Shown piece by piece: positions 26,840-36,844 of a stretch of 64,000 nt of DNA. Location of the stretch: contig CAWJSK010000012.1 of assembly GCA_963845535.1 (NCBI GenBank), positions 224,001 to 288,000 of the forward strand, read 5' to 3'. Made by a program: the position numbers and the translations under genes. Positions within the stretch are counted from its first letter, which is position 1. Each line of letters starts with the position of its first letter. A model generated the notes under the pieces. That model was not told the DNA's origin, ran no database searches, and was given only the letters and a program-made list of their open reading frames with translations. The stretch comes from an uncultured Spirochaetota bacterium (lineage in GTDB: Bacteria; Spirochaetota; Spirochaetia; SZUA-6; Fen-1364).

Positions 26840-28168
26840 ATGAGGTCCGCAGAGAGGACAAACCTTGCAGCCGCACTGCTGCGCATGGCAGCCGCGGTCT
26901 TCCCCTTTTCCGTCCGAGGGTTTCTCCTGTCCCTGCTTGCCGCCGTCCTCCTTGCCGCGGGCCTGATCCGCTCCGACCTGGCTTCGCTGTACTGGGGCGC
27001 AAGCTTCCTCCTCTATGCCGTCTACTCCCTCCTTGCGAGCCACGCCACCATGTTTTTTCTCAGGCGCAGAAAAAGCGCGCAGCCTGACTTCCTCACCGTC
27101 ATCCTTCCCCAGTCCGGGATGAACCCGGGCGACCGTGAGGAGGCGCACGTTTCCGCCCGACTTCCGCGAGCCATGGCTCCCGGCTTCCTTGTGCGGTTCT
27201 CTCTTCCCCTTTCATGGCACGATCGATCAGTCGACTCGGTTTCCTGCCGCCTGCGAGCGGGGACCACTGAGCGCACCGTGCCGTTCAGCGTTGCAGCGCG
27301 AGGAATCTACCGCGCTGACGCGGCTGTCCTCGAAGTGCGCGACATCCTTGGGTTCACCGCGAATCGGCTGAGCGTTCCGATGACGGGAGCCCTTGCCGTG
27401 CATCCAACCGTGACCTCCGAGCAGTCCTGGCGCATCCTGGCCGAGGGGGAGGCCCCTTCAGCTACGACCAGCCGGCGTCGGCGCAGCGAGGAGCTCCTGG
27501 AGGTCCGCAAGTACTACCCGGGCGACGACGCACGGCGCCTGAACTGGAAAGTGTTCGCCCATTCGCGCGAGCTTTTCCTCCGCGTAGGGGAGGAAACGCC
27601 GCCTCCTGAGTCCCGCGTCCTGTTCGTCCTTGACACGAGCGAAAACCCCCTGATCCCCCGGCAGCTTGCCGGCCCCTACCTTGACGCCCTGGTGGACTCT
27701 TGCGCCTCCGCCGTGAACGCCCTTGTGAGCGACCGCACCGCGGTGCTCCTCTGCCGGCCCGGGGCCAGGGAGTGCAAGGTGTACGAGCGGGAGAAACGCG
27801 CGGTGCTTCTGGACGAGCTGGCCGATCAGTGGTGGACGCCCGCGCCGTGGCAGCCGCCTCTTCCCGTCCTGCCGCGCCTGCACGCGGCGGTGTTTTCAAC
27901 GCCGGGGTCGCCCGGGCTGGCAACAATCCTTTCCGCCGTCAGGGACAGGGGATGGACCACGAGCCTTTTCCTCAAGGAACCTCCCCGCGCGGACACCAGC
28001 CCCCGGCTTCGCCTTCGAGAGCTGCTGTTCGTTCCCGAAGACAGGCCGTCAAAGGCGTTTGCCGCGGCGCTCGGAAAGGCGCGCGCCGTCCTGGGCCGCG
28101 CGTTGGCGCAGGACCTGTCCACCTACGGCGGACCGGCCTGGAAGGTGCTCCATGCCCGGGAAATCTGA
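26840..28168 (+). CDS. DUF58 domain membrane protein
   Basis: N-terminal TMs; RGIY, DILGF, VRKYYPGDDARRLNWK. Confidence 0.88.
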   Translation: MRSAERTNLAAALLRMAAAVFPFSVRGFLLSLLAAVLLAAGLIRSDLASLYWGASFLLYAVYSLLASHATMFFLRRRKSAQPDFLTVILPQSGMNPGDREEAHVSARLPRAMAPGFLVRFSLPLSWHDRSVDSVSCRLRAGTTERTVPFSVAARGIYRADAAVLEVRDILGFTANRLSVPMTGALAVHPTVTSEQSWRILAEGEAPSATTSRRRRSEELLEVRKYYPGDDARRLNWKVFAHSRELFLRVGEETPPPESRVLFVLDTSENPLIPRQLAGPYLDALVDSCASAVNALVSDRTAVLLCRPGARECKVYEREKRAVLLDELADQWWTPAPWQPPLPVLPRLHAAVFSTPGSPGLATILSAVRDRGWTTSLFLKEPPRADTSPRLRLRELLFVPEDRPSKAFAAALGKARAVLGRALAQDLSTYGGPAWKVLHAREI

Positions 28169-30329
28169 AGCCGTTTTGACATCTCCCTGGACACCTGAGA
28201 GGCTCCACGGATTTTCTCTTCTCATTCTCAGGAACCTGATCCTGTTCTTTCTGCTTCTCAACTCCTTTCTGCAGCTCCGCGATCAACTGGACCTGTCATT
28301 CCTGAGCGCCGCCCTCATTCTTGGCGTTTGCGCGGGGGTTCTCACGGAGCGAGCGCGGCTGCGTTTCCTTTCCGCGCTGGCGCTTGCCGCCGTCATTCCG
28401 ATTGTGTTGCGCCTTGTTTTCTTCCTTGTCTTCAGGCTCCAGAGAGACATAGCTTCAGCGCCCGCAACGGATTTCCTTTTCTTCTATTTCGACAAGGATT
28501 TTTTCCCCGCGCTTGCCGGCTACGGCGTGGCATGGCTCTTCAATTTCCTTGCCTTGCGTCATCCGCGATTCCCCGTCATTGAGGCGGCCTTGAACTCAGG
28601 CCTCCTCGTCACGGTGTTCTGGAACCAGGCCGGCTACCGGCTCACCCTCTATCCCCACCCTCTCATCTTTGCGCTGGCGCTTTCCCTCTTTGTCATTGCC
28701 GAGTTTTTCGTGCTCCTCCTTTCGGGAAATGCGCCGCCTGGCCGGCGCGCAGACCCGGAAGCCGGCTTCGACGCCCGGGCCATCCTGAACTTTGCATGGA
28801 TCGTCCTCCCGCTGCTCCTCGTGTTCCTGTTCTTCCTCCTGGGCAGGTACAGTGAGAGCGCCGTGAAGGCCGGCGGAGGGCTCATGCGGCCCACGCTTTT
28901 CCGTTTCGACTTCGCCCCCTACGTGAGACTGGAAAGCGAGATTCGCACCTCCAACGACACCGTCATGCTCTTTCGCACCGAAGGCAAGGCGGACCGTTTC
29001 CTCCTGCGCCGCTTCGTCCTGGGCAGCTACGACCCCCAGCGCGGCTTCTTCATGGAGCCGGGTCATGGGATGGATGAATCGACTTCCGTCGTGCCGGATT
29101 CCCCGCAGACCTATCCGGACCCTGGCTACCGAGACCGCGAACGACTCACGCAGGAATACTATTTCCTCACCCTTGATCCCTCGTCCCTGATTGCCGTCAA
29201 CTATCCCGTTCGCGTGGCCCCTCTTTCCAACTGGAAGTCATCCTCGTTCCTGCGCGTCTACCGGGTGGTGTCGAGGATGATGCGCTCCACGGCTGCCCCG
29301 CAGAACGTCACGACCCGGCCCGCCATGTCGGCCGCCGACCTGGCCTACTACACACGGTGGGGGAATGATCCTCTCATCAAGGGGCTTGCCGAGCAGATCA
29401 CGGAGAACAGCGTGGGGTACTACGAGAAAGCGGCGGCCATCGAGGATTACCTGAGGACTCATTACCTCTACTCTCTGAAGCCGGGGATCGCGGCGGACGG
29501 CAACCAGCTCAATCATTTCCTTTTCGAGTCCAAGAAGGGCTACTGCTCGTATTTCGCTTTCGCCATGGCGCTGATGTGCAGGAGCCTCGGGATCCCGGCG
29601 CGCGTCTCCGTGGGTTTCTACGTGGACCCGCGCTCGGAAATCCTCAACTTCTACGAGGTCAAGGCTTTTCAAGCCCACGCGTGGGTCGAAGTGTGGTTCG
29701 GAAACATTGGCTGGGTGGAGTTCGACCCCACCTCGGACCAGCTCGCCCCCGGGGAACAATTCACTCCATACGCGGGCCCGGACAAGGACAGGATGGCGAA
29801 GCTCATTGCAGAAATCCTCAAGAACCAGTCCGGCATGACGGAGGAACGCGCGGCGCGGCACCCCGTGGCGGCCTCCGTGCGCCAGGTGGGCGCCGCCTTT
29901 GCGCGCATTGCCCTTTTTGTCGCGCGGCTGTGGTATCTCACCCTCCCCACCCTGTACGCGATCTTCCTCCTGTCAGTGAAACTGCTGCCTTCCCTGCCCG
30001 AGCTGTTTTCGACAAGCAGGCGCCGCAGGGTGAAGGGCGCTTACCGGCTGCTCCTCGTGACGCTTGCGGGCGTCGGCCTGGCGCGGCGGCCGGGGGAATC
30101 TCTCCTGGAGCACGCCCGCAGGGTGGAGCGTGACCGCGCGGTTCCGCTGCCTCGCGCTACGAGCGAGCTTCTCAAGGCGGCCTTTGCCCGTCTTTTCGAT
30201 GAGGCCGATGCAAGGACGGCGCGGCGCGTGTCCCGAGAGTTCCGCGCGGCGTTCCGCAAGCGCATCCCGCTTGCCCGCCGGCTGCTGGGCGTGCTCAACC
30301 CGGCCGGCTCGTTCACGAGGATGATCTGA
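28152..30329 (+). CDS. Membrane transglutaminase-like protein (TgpA/DUF3488-type, C-terminal DUF4129-like)
   Basis: Multiple N-terminal TMs; triad GYCSYFA, AHAWVEV, GWVEFDPT; GES..EHA C-terminal motif. Confidence 0.92.
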   Translation: MPGKSEAVLTSPWTPERLHGFSLLILRNLILFFLLLNSFLQLRDQLDLSFLSAALILGVCAGVLTERARLRFLSALALAAVIPIVLRLVFFLVFRLQRDIASAPATDFLFFYFDKDFFPALAGYGVAWLFNFLALRHPRFPVIEAALNSGLLVTVFWNQAGYRLTLYPHPLIFALALSLFVIAEFFVLLLSGNAPPGRRADPEAGFDARAILNFAWIVLPLLLVFLFFLLGRYSESAVKAGGGLMRPTLFRFDFAPYVRLESEIRTSNDTVMLFRTEGKADRFLLRRFVLGSYDPQRGFFMEPGHGMDESTSVVPDSPQTYPDPGYRDRERLTQEYYFLTLDPSSLIAVNYPVRVAPLSNWKSSSFLRVYRVVSRMMRSTAAPQNVTTRPAMSAADLAYYTRWGNDPLIKGLAEQITENSVGYYEKAAAIEDYLRTHYLYSLKPGIAADGNQLNHFLFESKKGYCSYFAFAMALMCRSLGIPARVSVGFYVDPRSEILNFYEVKAFQAHAWVEVWFGNIGWVEFDPTSDQLAPGEQFTPYAGPDKDRMAKLIAEILKNQSGMTEERAARHPVAASVRQVGAAFARIALFVARLWYLTLPTLYAIFLLSVKLLPSLPELFSTSRRRRVKGAYRLLLVTLAGVGLARRPGESLLEHARRVERDRAVPLPRATSELLKAAFARLFDEADARTARRVSREFRAAFRKRIPLARRLLGVLNPAGSFTRMI

Positions 30330-32099
30330 ATGCCCCGCGCGAAGGCCCTCGCGGCCCTCCTTGCCGTTTTCCTCCTGACGCCCGGTATCCTCCGCGCGCA
30401 GTCCAGCCGCGACGAAACCCTGAACGAGATGTACGGTCAGGCGCGGCAGGCAATCTCCCAGGATGCCTATGAGACCGCGGTGCGGATCCTTACCAAGGCG
30501 AAAGAGCGTTTCCCCGAGGCGCCCAAGGTGAACCTGGCCCTTGCAGACCTGTATTATGACAAGGAGCTGTACGGCCTGGCGCTGGGGGAATACCAGGCAG
30601 CGGAAAAGAAGGGGGCCACGGACATCACGACCCTCACGCAGATCTCCCGCAGCTTCGGAAAGCTCAACCAGGAAAAGAAATCCATCGACTACCTCACGCG
30701 AATCCTTGCAACGTGGCCGGACAGCGCCGACACGGTGGACGACCTGGGCTGGATGTACTTCAAGACTCATCAGCTGGACAAAGGGGAGTCCGTGCTGCGC
30801 AAGGGGATTGAGCGCCTGGGGATACAGCGCGGCCTCGCGATGACCCTCGGGACCATCTACTCGGGAATGAACCGCTACGAGAGCTCCCGGGAGTACTATC
30901 AGAAGGCCATTGACGAGGCGCTTCGCGTCGGGGACCGCAGCTTTGCCGCAATCGCCTACTACAACCTGTCGCTCCTCGAGCATAATTTTTTCCACTACAA
31001 CTCCGCGCTTCGGGACACCGATGAATCGATCGCCATGGATGACCGCCCCTCGGGCCACCTGGCGCGCGGGGAGCTTTTCGAGTCGCGCCTGGACTTCTCC
31101 TCGGCGCAGGCGGAGTACCAGAGCGCGTACGCCCAGGACACGACGCCGCTCTCCAAGATCAACATTGCCATCCTGCTGCAGAAGTCGGGGCAGTTGGAGC
31201 TTGCGCGCCGCTACGGAGAGGAGGTGCTGTCCTCCAAGGATCTGGCGTGGATCGTGTACTACGGGACCGACGTGGTGCGGCACTTCAAGGATGTGCACGA
31301 GCTGCTCAAGGACGTGTACGCGGGCCTGGCGCGCCAGGAAGCCGACAGGCCGACCGCGGGGATCCTGGCGCGCCTCTCCGCGCTGTTTGCCGCTGCGCGC
31401 GACATCGTCCTTTCCTGGCGGCATCGCGAGATGTTCCGCATGTACTCGCTTGTTGTCGGCCGACAGTACCTGGCGGAAGGGTCGTTGGAGGACGCGTGGT
31501 GGGAGTTCTACCGGGCAAACGAGGGCTACCGTGAAGTTGCGCTGAAATACCTGGAAATGGCGAGACGCCTGGAGACCGCGCGGTCTCCGCACGCGGAGTA
31601 CTTCTACCTCCAGGAGGAGGGGAAGCTCCTTCGGTCTCCCGATCTTTTGCGCGGATCGATCGAGGGTTTCGATCCTTTCTGGGAGAAAGAGGCAACGGCC
31701 GACTCGCTGCTCGCCCTCGCCCCCCTTCTCCGGGGACAAGAGCGCCGGGACACCATCGCGCAGCTCTACCAACTGAACCCCGGAGCGCTTTCTCAGGCAG
31801 GATTGGGACTTCCGTTGAACGTGGAGTTTGCGGGGAGCGGCTTCCAGCCTCGGGAAAAGAGGCTGATTCTGCGGTATCTTAGAAGAGCAGGCTCCGAATG
31901 CGTCTCTGGCCCGGGTGCCGTGATGCGGTACTCCCTCACCCTCACCCGACAGTCCAACGGCACCGCTCGATGGTCAGTGACGGATTCCGTTTCAGGGACC
32001 ACGATCGCCGGCGGCAATCCGTCATTTACCGGAAGGCCGCCAGTACGTTGTGCAACCTTTGTACAGGCAATCCTTGAAGAGCTGTATACGGTTCACTAA
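30330..32099 (+). CDS. Secreted tetratricopeptide repeat protein
   Basis: Signal peptide; repeated TPR helices (ALADLYY, LGWMYF, LGTIYS, AYYNLS). Confidence 0.85.
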   Translation: MPRAKALAALLAVFLLTPGILRAQSSRDETLNEMYGQARQAISQDAYETAVRILTKAKERFPEAPKVNLALADLYYDKELYGLALGEYQAAEKKGATDITTLTQISRSFGKLNQEKKSIDYLTRILATWPDSADTVDDLGWMYFKTHQLDKGESVLRKGIERLGIQRGLAMTLGTIYSGMNRYESSREYYQKAIDEALRVGDRSFAAIAYYNLSLLEHNFFHYNSALRDTDESIAMDDRPSGHLARGELFESRLDFSSAQAEYQSAYAQDTTPLSKINIAILLQKSGQLELARRYGEEVLSSKDLAWIVYYGTDVVRHFKDVHELLKDVYAGLARQEADRPTAGILARLSALFAAARDIVLSWRHREMFRMYSLVVGRQYLAEGSLEDAWWEFYRANEGYREVALKYLEMARRLETARSPHAEYFYLQEEGKLLRSPDLLRGSIEGFDPFWEKEATADSLLALAPLLRGQERRDTIAQLYQLNPGALSQAGLGLPLNVEFAGSGFQPREKRLILRYLRRAGSECVSGPGAVMRYSLTLTRQSNGTARWSVTDSVSGTTIAGGNPSFTGRPPVRCATFVQAILEELYTVH

Positions 32100-32132
32100 A
32101 CTATATGTGACGAGGGGAAAAAGGGAGACTCT

Positions 32133-34067
32133 GTGCCGAATCTTGTTCTGAAGGTAGCGGAAGGCGTTCCTGAGCTTCCCGCCGTCGTGCAAAAAGACAA
32201 AGCGCTGGCGGTCCAGCGGGTCCGCCGTATGAGCACAGCGTCGTCGAACGGCGTCGACCTGGTTGGATGGCTGGTGGACAATAGCTTCCTGGAAAAGAAC
32301 GGCAAGGCCCTGAGTGATCTGGAGCCGGGCTCGGTCCTCCTGTGGAACCCCGGCGGCAAGGCTCCGGCGCCCGAGGGCTCCCTGCCGGATGAGCTTCTCT
32401 ACGAGGAGGTCTTTTCCTTCACGCGGCCCACGGAGCTCCAGCGCACGCTGAGGAACCTGTTTCACCGGCTCCACCTCGAACGGGAGCTGGCGGAGAAGGA
32501 CAGGCTGCTGAAAGCGAAGGAAACGGAGAACTCCGAGCTCCTCCAGGTCGGCATTGCCCTTTCGGCGGAGCGGGACAACGACAAGCTCCTGTCCTACATC
32601 CTGCGTCAGCTCCGCCAGATCACGCGGGCGGACGCGGGGACCCTGTACCTGGTGGACCGTGACGAAGCCGGCAGCGCGCAGCAGCTTCGCTTCAAGATTG
32701 CGCAGAACGACTCCAACCCTCGCGACTACACGGAGTTCGTGATGCCGATCTCCACGAAGACCATCTCGGGTTACGTGGCATCCACGGGCTCCGTCCTCAA
32801 TATCGAGGATGCGTACAAGATCCCGGCGGACAAGGAGTATGGCTTCAACGTCAGCATGGACAAGTCCACCGGCTACCGTTCCAAGAGCATGCTCACCGTG
32901 CCCATGCAGGACCACAAGGGGGAGATCCTCGGAGTCATCCAGCTCATCAACCGAAAGACGGATTTCGCCCTGAAGATCGCAACCCCCGCGGACGTGGACC
33001 GGATCGTCATTCCGTTCTCCCGGGACGTCGAGCAGCTGGTGCTTTCCCTTGCCTCGCAAGCGGCGGTATCCCTGGAGAACAACAAGCTCTACCAGGACAT
33101 CGAGACGCTTTTCGAGGGGTTCGTGAAAGCCTCGGTGACGGCAATCGAGTCTCGAGATCCCACCACCTCCGGCCATTCCACGCGGGTGGCCGGTTACACG
33201 GTAGGCCTTGCGGAGGCGGTCACGCGCGCGGGTACGGGGGCCTACCGCAACATCAGCTTCACGCCCGAGCACATGAAAGAGATCCGCTACGCGAGCCTTC
33301 TCCATGATTTCGGCAAGGTCGGCGTTCGGGAGCAGGTGCTGGTGAAGGCGGACAAACTCTATCCGGGCCAGCGAGAGCTGGTGAGGATGAGGCTCGCCTA
33401 CATTCGCAAGGCGAAGCGCTACGAGCTTCTGAGGGAAAAGTTCGCCGCGCTCCTCAAAGACGGCGACCAAGGCTACCGCAAAATCCAGGAAGAGAAAGAC
33501 CGCCAGGAAAATGCGTTCATGGAGGAGATCGACCGCTATCTTCAGACAATCGAGGCCGCCAATATCCCCACCGTGCTTGCGGCGGACCCCTCCCGGCTGT
33601 TGGACGAGATCCACGGCAGGACGTTCCCGGACGGCGAGGTCACGGTCCCCTACCTCACCGACGACGAGTACGTGAAGCTCAAGATACCCAAGGGGAGTCT
33701 CGACGACGAAGAACGGGAACAGATCAACAGCCACGTCTCACACACGTACAAGTTCCTCCAGACCATTCCGTGGACCAGGGAGATGCGCAACATTCCCGTG
33801 ATTGCCTGGGGGCACCATGAGAAGTTGGACGGGTCAGGGTATCCCCGCAAGATCCGGGGAGAGGAGATCTGCGTTCAGACCAGGATGATGACGGTCTCCG
33901 ACATCTACGATGCCCTGACCGCAAGCGACCGGCCGTACAAGAAAGCCGTTCCTCCGCAGAAGGCCCTCGACATCCTGAACGCCGGCGTCAAGGACAGTGA
34001 GCTCGACGCCGACCTGGTGAAAATATTCATCGAGGCGAAGGTCTGGGAGAAGAAGCCCGAAGCTTGA
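32133..34067 (+). CDS. GAF + HD-GYP cyclic dinucleotide phosphodiesterase
   Basis: ADAGTLY...TGYRSKSMLTVP...VIQLIN GAF; TSGHS.RV, LLHDFGK, HHEKLDGSGYP, DIYDAL, RPYK. Confidence 0.95.
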   Translation: MPNLVLKVAEGVPELPAVVQKDKALAVQRVRRMSTASSNGVDLVGWLVDNSFLEKNGKALSDLEPGSVLLWNPGGKAPAPEGSLPDELLYEEVFSFTRPTELQRTLRNLFHRLHLERELAEKDRLLKAKETENSELLQVGIALSAERDNDKLLSYILRQLRQITRADAGTLYLVDRDEAGSAQQLRFKIAQNDSNPRDYTEFVMPISTKTISGYVASTGSVLNIEDAYKIPADKEYGFNVSMDKSTGYRSKSMLTVPMQDHKGEILGVIQLINRKTDFALKIATPADVDRIVIPFSRDVEQLVLSLASQAAVSLENNKLYQDIETLFEGFVKASVTAIESRDPTTSGHSTRVAGYTVGLAEAVTRAGTGAYRNISFTPEHMKEIRYASLLHDFGKVGVREQVLVKADKLYPGQRELVRMRLAYIRKAKRYELLREKFAALLKDGDQGYRKIQEEKDRQENAFMEEIDRYLQTIEAANIPTVLAADPSRLLDEIHGRTFPDGEVTVPYLTDDEYVKLKIPKGSLDDEEREQINSHVSHTYKFLQTIPWTREMRNIPVIAWGHHEKLDGSGYPRKIRGEEICVQTRMMTVSDIYDALTASDRPYKKAVPPQKALDILNAGVKDSELDADLVKIFIEAKVWEKKPEA

Positions 34068-35049
34068 TGATCTCATCCTGCTCGGAGAACCCGAGCAGGC
34101 TTCTGCGGCCGTCGCTTTCAAGCCAGACCCCATCCCCGGGCTTCGTGATGATGCCAATCACTGTCGCCGGGATCCCGCTGTCCCTGACTCTCTGACAAGC
34201 CTTTTCAGCCGCTGGAGGCGCGGCGGTGAAAAGGAGCGCGCCCGAGCCCAGCAGTCCGAGCGGGTTCATCCCAAAACGCCGGCAGAGCTTTCGGGTCTCA
34301 TCCCTCACGCCGAGTGACTCCGCCTGGATCACCGCGCCCACACCGCTTGCGCGACAGATCTCGTGGATGCCCATTGCAACGCCGCCCTCCGTGGGGTCAT
34401 GACAGCTCGTCAAGGGCAGCCCCTGGAGGAGGCGGCCCTCCGCCACGACGGAAATCCCCGGCTCATCCAGCCACCCCAGCACCGCCTCATGGGCTTCGCG
34501 TCCCAGCTCGGCCAGCGACTCCTGCGGCCGCTCTCGGGCTATCGTGGTGGAGCCCTCCAGCCCGGCCCACTTCGTCATGCAGAGGTGATCCCCGGGACGG
34601 GCGCCCGCCGTGGAAAGCGGAGGGCCTGAGAGAAAGCCGACTGCCTGCCCGCACACGACGGTCCGCGTCACCGCGAGGGTCACCTCGGTATGGCCGCCCA
34701 CCCAGAGGAGGCCGGCACGGTTGCAGGCGTTCGAAATGTCGCGGAAAACCTTTTCGAGGTCCTCCTCCGTTGCCCCGAGGGGAAGCAGGACAGTCGTGGT
34801 CAGGTAGATAGGAACGCCGCCCATGGCGACGATATCGTTGGCGTTAACCGCAACAACGTACGCGCCAAGACGTTCGTCGGTGAATGTGACGGGATCCGCG
34901 GTGAGGACGATCCTCTCCGCGCCACGCGCCACTGCGGCGTCCTCACCCGGTCCCGCCCCTACTTCGATGAGCGGCGAACGGGACGTGAGCCGCAAGAGCT
35001 TCTCCAGCAGCTCGGAAGGCAATTTCCCTTCGGGGAGCGGGGGCTTCAT
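34027..35049 (-). CDS. AIR synthase-related (PurM/HypE/ThiL superfamily) protein
   Basis: GEDAAV, TADPVT, NANDI, GGHTEV, HDPTEGG. Confidence 0.9.
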   Translation of the reverse strand: MKPPLPEGKLPSELLEKLLRLTSRSPLIEVGAGPGEDAAVARGAERIVLTADPVTFTDERLGAYVVAVNANDIVAMGGVPIYLTTTVLLPLGATEEDLEKVFRDISNACNRAGLLWVGGHTEVTLAVTRTVVCGQAVGFLSGPPLSTAGARPGDHLCMTKWAGLEGSTTIARERPQESLAELGREAHEAVLGWLDEPGISVVAEGRLLQGLPLTSCHDPTEGGVAMGIHEICRASGVGAVIQAESLGVRDETRKLCRRFGMNPLGLLGSGALLFTAAPPAAEKACQRVRDSGIPATVIGIITKPGDGVWLESDGRRSLLGFSEQDEIIKLRASSPRPSPR

Positions 35050-35100
35050 GTCCGGCCAAGAATCCGCGAAAGCCCGGCCTTCGTCAAGGAGAGGGAGCTT

Positions 35101-35754
35101 TCATTCGCAAAAGACACGATGCAGAGCATCAGCTGATCTGACCGCCGCCAAGTGATTGATCCTGGCTCTGGCTGCCGTCTTTTCTTGCATCGTGCCTTTG
35201 AGCCAGGCTTCCGTCTCATCCAGAAAGGCATTTAATGGTAGACCATCAATGCGCGGTTTGATGAACGCACGGTCTCCCCGGTAGAGGAAATAGCCGCGGC
35301 TGATCAGTTCAAGGCGGCAGCCGATATGGAGCGGCCACCAGTGCTTGTTCCAGGGCAGCCTGGATTCAGAGAAACAGAATCCTATGCGATCGTCTCCGGT
35401 ATCAGCTATCAGGTCGATCTGGCGAACGTTGCCCGTCTTCCACCAGAAGAAACGGGTCGTGGGAGCCCAGTCGATTATTTCCGGGATGATTGCATCAATG
35501 CAAAAGCCCCGAAAAGACTCCCGGCCTGGGCCATATGCGTGACGCAGATAGAGCATGGGCATTCTGCCGGAGCCCAGAAAAGGAAGCAGTCGAATCAGGC
35601 CTTCCTGCTCCAACTCCTGTACGAAGGCGGCGGCGGTGGTCCGGGAGACATCAAAGCGCTTGGCGATTGCCGTCTGATTCACAATCTTTCCATTCCACTC
35701 CGCCAGAAGATTAGTAAGGCAGCGCGACCTTGATTCCGGACACAAACACCGCAT
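35101..35754 (-). CDS. Orphan winged-HTH + degenerate DUF4143-like domain protein
   Basis: LAEWNGKIVNQTAIAKRFDVSRTTA..FVQELE, P.LYLR, FWWKT...QIDLI resemble the C-terminal half of AAA_14/DUF4143 ATPases; no Walker motifs; region visibly AT-richer; start uncertain. Confidence 0.6.
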   Translation of the reverse strand: MRCLCPESRSRCLTNLLAEWNGKIVNQTAIAKRFDVSRTTAAAFVQELEQEGLIRLLPFLGSGRMPMLYLRHAYGPGRESFRGFCIDAIIPEIIDWAPTTRFFWWKTGNVRQIDLIADTGDDRIGFCFSESRLPWNKHWWPLHIGCRLELISRGYFLYRGDRAFIKPRIDGLPLNAFLDETEAWLKGTMQEKTAARARINHLAAVRSADALHRVFCE

Positions 35755-35811
35755 ACCTATGAAAAACGAGGAAATTGTCCAAAAAACTTGCACTTCTGGC
35801 ATTTTTTCAAT

Positions 35812-35854
35812 GCTTGTGTGCGGAGCGTACGGCTTGTGTGCGGAGCGTACGGCT
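35812..35854 (+). repeat. Perfect 20-bp tandem repeat GCTTGTGTGCGGAGCGTACG x2 (+GCT)
   Basis: Copies at 35812-35831 and 35832-35851. Confidence 0.9.
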
Positions 35855-35928
35855 CGGGTGGGGAAGCGAGCAGCGACGCCTGGCAGGAGGGCAGGCGCGC
35901 GGGGCGGGTGCGGCTTGCATGAAGCGGC

Positions 35929-35957
35929 TTGCGCTGCCGGAGGCGCCGGAATACAAT
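35929..35957 (+). promoter_or_regulatory. Putative sigma70 promoter TTGCGC-N17-TACAAT
   Basis: Correct spacing, 9 nt before ATG35967, no SD. Confidence 0.5.
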
Positions 35958-35966
35958 AGGGCCCTC

Positions 35967-36766
35967 ATGGAAAAATCGCGAGCTCAGGAATACATGCAAA
36001 AGTTCGGTGACCAGTCCATCCGTTTTACGCCGTTCGCATTGAAAAAAACGGGGCTCGTCCCATCCCAGGTGTTTCTCAAGATCGAGGACTACCTCCTGAT
36101 CTGCGCCCCCTTCCAGCTCTCCATGAAGCGGGGCATTTTCCTCGTCGTCTTGAGCGCCCAGGAGATCTCTTTTTCCAGCAGTTCCAGAAGAAGCTCTGCT
36201 CGATCAACCTCACGTTCCAGCAGACCGGCGGCAAGAAACCGCTGACCCTGCTCGTGCGAGGAACGCTGGACAGGGTCGGTCCCGTGAAAGGCAAGCAGAA
36301 CGTGTGCATGATGGACGCATCGTTCAGGGCGTGCCCCAACGACCTCGCGGAGATCGTAGGGGAGTATCTGTACGCCTACGAAGGCCTTCGCAACCAGTAC
36401 GAGAACTTCTCCGGCAAGTCCATTCCGCTGGATCAGGCCACGGCAAGGCTCATGCGCTACAACAACTACGTGGAGCTGGTTGTCGGCGCAACGAAAGCCA
36501 GGGCGACTCTGGTCTCCATCGCCGCCAATTGCCTCTCCCTGAGGCTTCCCGCGCGTCCCGCGGAGCTTTCCGAAGGGGCCGCATGCTCGCTTCGGCTGTA
36601 TTTCCAGGTCTACCAGTTCACCGCCAACGGGAAGGTGACGGCATTAGAGACGGGGGACGGAGGGCAGGTAACGGCCACAATCTGCCTCGAGTTCACGCCT
36701 GAGTTGATCGAGATCGTCGACGACTATTTCTTCCGCCAGAGCATCGAGGCCCGTGGGAAGGCATAG
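35967..36766 (+). CDS. Spirochaete PlzA-like protein (PilZN3 + degenerate PilZ), frameshift ~36172
   Basis: QEY..KF.D..I.F, LKIEDY..IC.PFQLSM, F..CPNDLAEIVGEYL, IPLD....RLM pattern recalls Borrelia PlzA; one T missing in TCTTTTTCC. Confidence 0.7.
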
Positions 36767-36844
36767 CGCGGCCGCAGCTCTTTTTTGCGAATTTTGTGAC
36801 ACTCCCGTGACTTTCCAGATACATATTATTGGAGGGAGGCTCAC

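Noticed and set aside
34027..35049. hypE of a hydrogenase maturation cluster
   Set aside because: No C-terminal PRIC motif and no hyp neighbours; kept as generic AIR-synthase-related.
35812..35854. Possible mini CRISPR array
   Set aside because: Only two adjacent 20-bp copies, no spacer, no cas genes.
36764..36787. Possible intrinsic terminator after the PlzA-like gene
   Set aside because: U-tract present, but the stem is weak and ambiguous.
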